Shown here: positions 57,470-64,000 of the stretch, piece after piece
Layout: every line of letters begins with the position of its first letter
How positions within the stretch are numbered: the stretch's first letter is position 1
Origin: Candidatus Eremiobacteria bacterium
GTDB taxonomy: Bacteria; Vulcanimicrobiota; Vulcanimicrobiia; Vulcanimicrobiales; Vulcanimicrobiaceae
Direction of reading: 5' to 3'
NCBI GenBank assembly: GCA_963737065.1
Contig: CAVTRC010000001.1
Coordinates: 480,001 to 544,000 of the forward strand
DNA length: 64,000 bases
Program-made: the position numbers and the translations under genes
Notes under the pieces: model-generated
The model's database searches: none
Told to the model about the DNA's origin: nothing
Seen by the model: the letters and a program-made list of their open reading frames with translations, nothing else

Positions 57470-58381
57470 ATGGCGGATCAAAAACCGGCGCCGTCGTTCG
57501 GCAACAATCCGTTCTTCGACGTCATCGTTCGTGCTACGCAAGACCAACCGGTTCTTCAAGAGCTTGCCGGTGCCGTTCAACCCGCGATCAAACGCGCGTT
57601 GGGCACTCCGCGCCCGTTAAAGGACTTCCTCCACGGGGTTTGGGTGGGACACCCGCTCCACCCCGTCTTGACCGACGTGCCGATCGGCGCGTGGACGATG
57701 GCATGCGTCTTCGATGCGCTCTATACGGTGGACGGACGCGCCGATACGGCTCGCGCGGCCGACATCTGCATCGCGACCGGCATCGCGGGCGCGGTGGGCG
57801 CCGCATTGACCGGGCTCGCGGACTGGAGCGAAACATACGGCCGACCTGCTCGCATCGGCGTCGTGCATGCGACATCGAACACGATCGCGCTCTCGCTCTA
57901 CACTGCGTCGTTCTTCTTGCGCAGACGTAATCGTCGGAGGGGAATCGTTGCGTCGATTGCGGGCTATGCGTTCGCGACGATCGGCGCCGGACTCGGGGGC
58001 CACCTCGTCTTCGGCGAAAACCAGGGCGTCAACCACGCCGCCGCCGATGATCTGCCGACGGAGTGGCTCCGGTTGCTGCCGATGGACGAACTGATGGATG
58101 GCAAACCACACCGGGCGAAATTGAAAGATCGCGACATCGTTCTCGTCCGTAACGGCGGCAGTACGCATGCGCTCCTCGATGCATGCGCGCACCTCGGCGG
58201 CCCGCTGCACAAAGGCACCGTGGATGAGTGTAGCATCACGTGTCCTTGGCACGGTTCCCGCTTTTCACTCATCGACGGCCGCGTGATGAACGGCCCGGCG
58301 ACGTTAAGTCAGCCAACACTCGAAACGCGTATCGTCGACGGCTACGTCGAAGTCCGGGCGTTCGCATCCGAAGCGCCGTAG
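57470..58381 (+). CDS. DUF2231-like membrane domain plus Rieske 2Fe-2S protein
   Basis: GHPLHPVLTDVPIGAW, TGLADW, LGGHLVF; CAHLGGPL...CPWHGSRF; AGGAG SD. Confidence 0.9.
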   Translation: MADQKPAPSFGNNPFFDVIVRATQDQPVLQELAGAVQPAIKRALGTPRPLKDFLHGVWVGHPLHPVLTDVPIGAWTMACVFDALYTVDGRADTARAADICIATGIAGAVGAALTGLADWSETYGRPARIGVVHATSNTIALSLYTASFFLRRRNRRRGIVASIAGYAFATIGAGLGGHLVFGENQGVNHAAADDLPTEWLRLLPMDELMDGKPHRAKLKDRDIVLVRNGGSTHALLDACAHLGGPLHKGTVDECSITCPWHGSRFSLIDGRVMNGPATLSQPTLETRIVDGYVEVRAFASEAP

Positions 58382-58396
58382 ACCGCGTGCGTCGCC

Positions 58397-61300
58397 TTAG
58401 CGTTCGCTCTTCGCTTTATCGAGCAGCGGCTGCAGCTCGCGGCCGATGTCGTCCAGTTGCTTCGCGTACGTGTTCATCGCGTCGGCCTGCGCCTGCGTCG
58501 GGCCGGTGAACGACGTTCCCATGATGTGTCGCAGGTAGGCGATTTGATCGACGACTTGCGCGGGCTGTTGGTAGCCCGCATTTTGGCTTCCGTTGCCGTT
58601 GCGCAGTTTGTCTTCTTCGGTGCTCAGTTGTGCGGTAAGTTTAGGATCGCGTTTCGCCAAACGCTTCTTGTCGTCGTCCACTTGGGCAATCCACGTTTCG
58701 CCGCGTTCTTGCATGTCTGCGAGTTTCGCGATCGTGTCGTACTGCGCGTGCAGGTCTGCTAAGGTTGAAGTGACGGACGGGTCCATCTTCACGGTAACGG
58801 GCACGGTAAGCGTTTGGCCGCGCGCTTTGAGCTGCACGGTGTACTGACCGGGCAATACCTCCGGACCTTCAACGTCGAGCGGATAGAACACGTAAAACGG
58901 GCGTTTGTCTTGCTTTGCGTTTTTACCGGCGCTCGTGTCGGTCGTCAAATCCCACGTGACCCGGTTGATGCCGTCCCCGGTCGTGGCCTTTAGATGCTTG
59001 ATGATGCGCGTACCGTCGAGAATATTGATCTCGATGGTTTCCTTCGGCGCCTTTTTTTTCGGCGGCGCCTTCGGTTTTGGTGTGGGCTTCAGGTAGTACG
59101 AAATGACGGTCGCGTACGCTTTATTATCCGAAATGAATTCGCCCCGCCCGACATATCGGAACGGCCTGGCCGTATAGCGCCAAGCTACCGGAGGCGCGAA
59201 GAGCGCCACGCCGGACTGCGTTGCCCGCGCGAGGTTTTCGAGCGGCGCGATGTCGTCGAGGATCGTGAAACCGCGGCCATGCGTGCCCGCAATGAGGTCG
59301 TTGAAATCCGGTTGGATTTGCAGATCGTAGACGGGAAGGTGCACGAGATTCAGATGCAGGTCGCTCCAATGTCCGCCCGCGTCAAACGAAACGTAAATGC
59401 CGTCTTCGCAGCCGGCAAAGAGCAGATTCGGTTGTCGCGGATCTTGGCGGATCGCATATGCCCATAGATTCAGGCCGTTGACGATGGACGTCCACGACTT
59501 TCCGCCGTCATGCGTCACGTAAACATACGGTTTCGTGTCGCCGAACCGGTGGCGATCGAAGGTAATGTAGACGACGTTCGCGTCGCTTTGCGATGTGTCG
59601 ATCGATTGAACCCAAGACTGTGCCGGAAGACCCGGGAAAGCGTTGCTGACATCGTGCCAGGTTGTGCCGCCATCGGTCGTATAGTCGACGTGACCGTTGT
59701 CCGTACCGGCCCACAATGCGGTCGCATTTTCTGCTAACGCGTAGATCGTGCAATAGGCTTCCGCGTTGGTGTTGTCGTGCGAAATCGGTCCACCGCTGCG
59801 GCCGAGATCCGAGGACGGACACGGTTGCGAAAGATCGCTGCTAATGGCATCCCACGCCTGTCCGGCATTGCGCGTGCGAAATAAAACGTTGCCGCCGAAA
59901 TACACCGTGCCCGGCGAAACCTGCGATACCATCAACGGTGCGCTCCAATTGAAGCGGTAACGCCACGCGCCCGCTCCGGTGCCGAACGTGATGAGCGGCT
60001 GCGGTCCGATCAACCGCGCTTCACCGGTCGTCAAGTTTCGCAACGTGATGTCGCCGAAGTGCGTGTTCGCATAGATGATATTCGGGTTCGCAGCATCCGG
60101 TTTGGCGTACTGACCGTCGCCCCACTCGACGATGTTCTTCCAGGCGCCGTTCCCAACGCCCGCACCGTTCCATACGCTATTCGGTCCCCACCAGACTTCG
60201 TTGTCTTGAAATCCGCCCATGATATGGTACGGGACGTCGCGATCGTATCCGACGCGATAGACTTGACCGAACGGAACGATATTGTCGTAGTCCCACGTCT
60301 TGCCGTCGTCCATTGACATGCTGAAACCTTGATCGAATCCGAGCAGCACGCGTTTCGTATTCGTCGGATCGATCCAAAGGTCGTGATTGTCGCCGCCGGC
60401 CTCAACCGACTTGAACGTTTTGCCGCCGTCTTTCGAGCGCTTCAGTCCCCCGGAAACGATCCAGACGTCGTTCGGATTATCCGGGTTGACGCGAACTTGC
60501 GAAAAATAAAACGGGCGGAAGACGAGATCTTTGTCGGCGTTCACGAGCTTCCACGACGTTCCGCCGTCATCCGAGCGGTACAACGTGCTCTTCGCCGTCG
60601 GCACGATCGCATAGACGACGTTCGAGTGATGTGCGCAAAGCGACACGCCGACGCGGTTGATGATCCCGCCGGGAAGCCCGTTATGCAGATTTCCATCCGT
60701 CAGTCGTTTCCACGAGCTTCCGCCGTCGGTCGACTTCCACAGTCCGCTTCCGACGCCGCCGCCGCGAAACGTCCACGGCCGGCGCAAATAATCGAACGTG
60801 CCCGCGAACGCAACCGACGCGTTCGTCGGATCGAAGATGACGTCGGCGCCGCCCGTGGTCGCATTGACGTACAACGTGCGCGTCCACGTTTTTCCGCCGT
60901 CAGTCGTCCGATAAATTCCACGATCGCCACCCGGCGTAAACTCCGTTCCCATGGCGGCCACGAGCGCCGTATTCGGATCGTGGGGATCGACCGCGATGCG
61001 CGCGATGTGCTGCGTGTTTTCGAGCCCGATGTGATGCCACGTTGCGCCGGCGTCGTGCGAGATGTATACGCCGTCACCGATGGCTGCGGTGTTGCGCGGA
61101 AATCCTTCGCCCGTTCCGACGTAGAGCGTTTTCGCATCCGACGGCGCGACGGCGACGGCACCGATCGACGACGAGCGGCCTTGATCGAAAATCGACGTGA
61201 ACGTCGTTCCCGCGTCGGTGGATTTATACAGTCCGCCGGACGAGTGCCCCAAATAGATCGTCGTCGCATCGCCCGGGATGCCCGCTACCGCATCGAGCCG

Positions 61301-61510
61301 GCCACCCATCACGGCGGGGCCGACTTCACGCCACGCGAGTGCGCCGAAATCCTTCGGCGCAATCGTTGCGCTCGCGTTGACGACCGGACCGAACGCGGCC
61401 TGCGGCAACGCGCTCTGCGTCGCTTGCGGCGATGACGTTGCTCCCGGTTGTTGCGGCGTGCAGGCAGCAACGGAAATGCATGCGGACATAACGATCCACC
61501 GAGCGTTCAA
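58397..61510 (-). CDS. VPS10/sortilin-like BNR-repeat beta-propeller protein (putative glycosyl hydrolase, probable lipoprotein)
   Basis: WREVGPAVMGGR, many S/T-x-D-x-G-x-T/S-W Asp boxes, GTHGRG..ILDD; lipobox-like VAAC. Confidence 0.88.
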   Translation of the reverse strand: MNARWIVMSACISVAACTPQQPGATSSPQATQSALPQAAFGPVVNASATIAPKDFGALAWREVGPAVMGGRLDAVAGIPGDATTIYLGHSSGGLYKSTDAGTTFTSIFDQGRSSSIGAVAVAPSDAKTLYVGTGEGFPRNTAAIGDGVYISHDAGATWHHIGLENTQHIARIAVDPHDPNTALVAAMGTEFTPGGDRGIYRTTDGGKTWTRTLYVNATTGGADVIFDPTNASVAFAGTFDYLRRPWTFRGGGVGSGLWKSTDGGSSWKRLTDGNLHNGLPGGIINRVGVSLCAHHSNVVYAIVPTAKSTLYRSDDGGTSWKLVNADKDLVFRPFYFSQVRVNPDNPNDVWIVSGGLKRSKDGGKTFKSVEAGGDNHDLWIDPTNTKRVLLGFDQGFSMSMDDGKTWDYDNIVPFGQVYRVGYDRDVPYHIMGGFQDNEVWWGPNSVWNGAGVGNGAWKNIVEWGDGQYAKPDAANPNIIYANTHFGDITLRNLTTGEARLIGPQPLITFGTGAGAWRYRFNWSAPLMVSQVSPGTVYFGGNVLFRTRNAGQAWDAISSDLSQPCPSSDLGRSGGPISHDNTNAEAYCTIYALAENATALWAGTDNGHVDYTTDGGTTWHDVSNAFPGLPAQSWVQSIDTSQSDANVVYITFDRHRFGDTKPYVYVTHDGGKSWTSIVNGLNLWAYAIRQDPRQPNLLFAGCEDGIYVSFDAGGHWSDLHLNLVHLPVYDLQIQPDFNDLIAGTHGRGFTILDDIAPLENLARATQSGVALFAPPVAWRYTARPFRYVGRGEFISDNKAYATVISYYLKPTPKPKAPPKKKAPKETIEINILDGTRIIKHLKATTGDGINRVTWDLTTDTSAGKNAKQDKRPFYVFYPLDVEGPEVLPGQYTVQLKARGQTLTVPVTVKMDPSVTSTLADLHAQYDTIAKLADMQERGETWIAQVDDDKKRLAKRDPKLTAQLSTEEDKLRNGNGSQNAGYQQPAQVVDQIAYLRHIMGTSFTGPTQAQADAMNTYAKQLDDIGRELQPLLDKAKSER

Positions 61511-61568
61511 TCAACGTCCTCCCTAAAGTTGATAATCGCGTTTCGTTACGGGGTAACCTATTGCCGCT

Positions 61569-61733
61569 ATGAGTATCCTGTTGGAAATGCCGCGGCCCGA
61601 CCCGGGGCCGGTCTCGCCGAATCCGCCCAACCCCGCACCCGGCGAACCGACGATTCCGGAAAACGAGCCGATCGATCCGGTCAGCGATCCGATGCAGTCG
61701 GACGATCCGGTTTTCCCGGGCCCGGGCGCCTAA
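61569..61733 (+). CDS. 54-aa Pro/Asp-rich microprotein
   Basis: MSILLEMPRPDPGPVSPNPPNPAPGEPTIPENEPIDPVSDPMQSDDPVFPGPGA; GGGTAA upstream. Confidence 0.5.
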   Translation: MSILLEMPRPDPGPVSPNPPNPAPGEPTIPENEPIDPVSDPMQSDDPVFPGPGA

Positions 61734-61740
61734 TGTTCGT

Positions 61741-64000
61741 CTACGGCGTCATCGGCTTGGGCATTGGTATGTCATCGTAACCGCCCGATTTTAGTTTCGC
61801 GTTGAGCGCCGGAAGCGTTGTCAAGTAGTCATTGAACGCTTTGGCGTCTTGCGCGAACTCGGCGAACGTCCGATTCTGCACATCGGTTGCGGCGGGCGTC
61901 ACGATGCCGGTTCCCGCGATTTGCTGCAGGTCTTCGCGAACCTTGCCCGGACGTTGAATGAAATCTTCGAATCCCTGGTAGTTTGCGGTTAATTGATCTT
62001 GCACGATTCTGACGATTTTGCAGCGCGGTGTCGATCTCGGCCACCGTTGCCGAGTCATTCTTGGCTTCCGCGGACGCTCTGGCTTTATCGAGCGCGGATT
62101 TCACGCCATCGAGCGAGTTCAGTGAAACGTCGAGTGCCGAAAATTTCGCGTTTACCCGCATCGAGTAGTTGTACGATGCGACAAGTTGCGCTTGCGTGAA
62201 TTTCGTGTCCGGATCGGCTTTCACGACGAAGTGTCCGGTGAACGTTTTTCCGTCGACGGTCATGCGGTAAGCCGTATTTTCCCGGCGCAACGATCGCACT
62301 GGTATCCGGTCCTTTGAAGAACTTACCGGCGCCGTTCCACTTCACGGGACCATCGGCACCGAAGTTCCACGTGTACGTTTGCAGCCCGGCATCATTCGAA
62401 ATCGCCGGCTGCGCTTTGGCATCCGGCGCCGGCGGCGGTCCGAAAAGCGGCGGCTCTTTCATGCCTTGTATCGTGCGGATCACCCGATTGCGATCGTCGA
62501 GAATTTGCAGCGCGGCGGTTTCGTACCCGGCTTGGTCTGATAGTAATAGAACGTCGCCCCGTACTCGGGGTTTTGGCCGGCGTAATCGGTGTAGATGCCC
62601 TCATCGTCACCGTGCATGTTGTAGAGGTATGCCGTTCGCGGAGAGACGACGAACGGTTGATCGGGTTTCGAGCATCCCATCATTTGTAGCGGACGCAAGT
62701 CGTCCATTACATAGAGTGCCGGCCGTGCGTCGCGACGACCATGTCGTCCCATTGTGGTTGATACCGAATGTCGCGCACGGAAACCGTCGGCAGATCGTTC
62801 TTGAAATCGTGCCAGCTGCCGCCGTTGTCGCACGAGATATAGAGTCCGGTCTCGGTCCCGCATACACGATGTTCGGATTATGCATGTCCTGACGAACCGA
62901 ACGCGCGTACCATGCGTCGCTCGGCATGTGCGTTCCGATTTGCGTCCAGGTCTTTCCGAAATCGTTCGAGAACGAGCAGATACGGTTTATAGTCGCCGAG
63001 CAAATGCCGGTCGATGCTGACATACACCGTGCCATCGTGAATCGTCGACGGCGCAACCGTTTCCACGGCGCCGTGGTCCGGCACGCTCTTCGGTGTGACG
63101 TTGTGCCAGTGTTTTCCGCCGTCGACGGTGTATTGCACTTGCCCGTCATCCGTACCGGCCCAAATCTCGCCTTTCGTGCAGCGACGAGCCTTCGATATCG
63201 AGGACGGTGTTGTAGTTTTCAGCACTTGAAACGTCGTGCGTGATCGGTCCACCAGGCGGCGCCTGATGAACCTTTTCGTTGAGCGTGAGATCGGGACTGA
63301 TCCGCGTCCAGTGGATTCCGTGGTCGGTACTTTGGAAAATGACGTTGCCGCCGACCCACGCAACGTGTCCGTCCCATGGCGCGAACGCGATCGGCGAATC
63401 CCAATTGAACCGATACTTTGCTTTGCGCAAATCGAACTGTTGACCGGTGAGCGCGGTATACGGCTGTGCTCCTAATCCGTCGCGCGTTGCCTTGTTGTAG
63501 ACGATTACCGACGCGCCTTGCGAGTCGGACCACATGATGTTCGTGTTCAGCGGATCGGGGACGGCCCACTCGCCATCGCCGCCGTTTACGTTGATCCAGT
63601 CTTTGTTCAGTACGCCGGATGGATCGGTCGACTGTGACGGACCGCACCACGCATTGTTGTCTTGCCATCCGCCGCATACCCAATACGGATTGCCGGTCAT
63701 GGCTACGCCGACGTGATACACTTCGCCAACGGGAAGATTGCGCGAGAAATACCACGTCATGCCCCCGTTGAGCGACTGCGTCACCCCGCCGTCTTGCGCG
63801 ACGGCCATTCGCTTGGGATCGTTCGGCGCGATCCACAGATCGTGGACGTCGCCATGCGGAAGGCTGAAAACCGGACGCCACGTCTTTCCGCCGTCGTGCG
63901 AGGCGACGAGCAGCATCGAAACACCGAAGACGTGATTCGGATCGGTCGGATCGACGGTGATATGCGAGAAATAAAACGGACGCTGGTCTACCATCGTCTC
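61741..64000 (-). pseudogene. Second VPS10/BNR-repeat gene (5' part outside window), broken by multiple frameshifts (pseudogene or sequencing errors)
   Basis: Consecutive short ORFs (63146-63994, 62878-63363, 62607-63149, 62480-62863, 62085-62483, 61829-62299, 61741-62058) carry collinear segments similar to 58397-61510 (RPFYFS, YRFNWDSP, WAGTDDG). Confidence 0.8.

Noticed and set aside
1..64000. CRISPR array, cas genes, integrase, transposase, reverse transcriptase or rRNA
   Set aside because: No regularly spaced repeats or recognisable motifs seen by eye; short or degenerate arrays could have been missed.

Overview
High-GC bacterial chromosome segment, mostly housekeeping operons on the - strand. 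The style of the TonB-dependent receptor, the VPS10-like proteins and the Firmicutes/Actinobacteria-like promoters suggests a diderm Terrabacteria lineage such as Ca. Eremiobacterota (inference, not tested). Gene order: cydAB; a mosaic purine operon (purB, PAICS-like purC fused to a degenerate purE domain, purL, purQ, tandem purS-like, archaeal-type purP); a membrane-anchored double AAA+ pseudo-ATPase; holA; mtnA; a riboflavin cluster whose RibBA carries an N-terminal XRE helix-turn-helix and lies behind a perfect palindrome overlapping its promoter; a decayed BrnT-like toxin with an intact RHH antitoxin; comF; sugar transferases; dapA-dapG-asd-dapB-pcrA; an SOS-box HNH nuclease abutting tRNA-Gln/tRNA-Glu; an accessory block (STAS, creatininase family, beta-propeller, TonB receptor, two regulators, PQQ/cytochrome c dehydrogenase, FkbM); gnd; an S1 protein; a ~190-nt highly structured intergenic element; pxpBCA; VIT1; a folP remnant; ettA; ROK; Rieske/DUF2231; two VPS10-like genes. 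Best candidates for new biology: the self-regulating HTH-RibBA, the purine pathway mosaic, the LexA-boxed tRNA-adjacent HNH nuclease and the structured element. Frameshifts in the last 14 kb may be sequencing errors. All calls are by-eye motif recognition; no searches were run.
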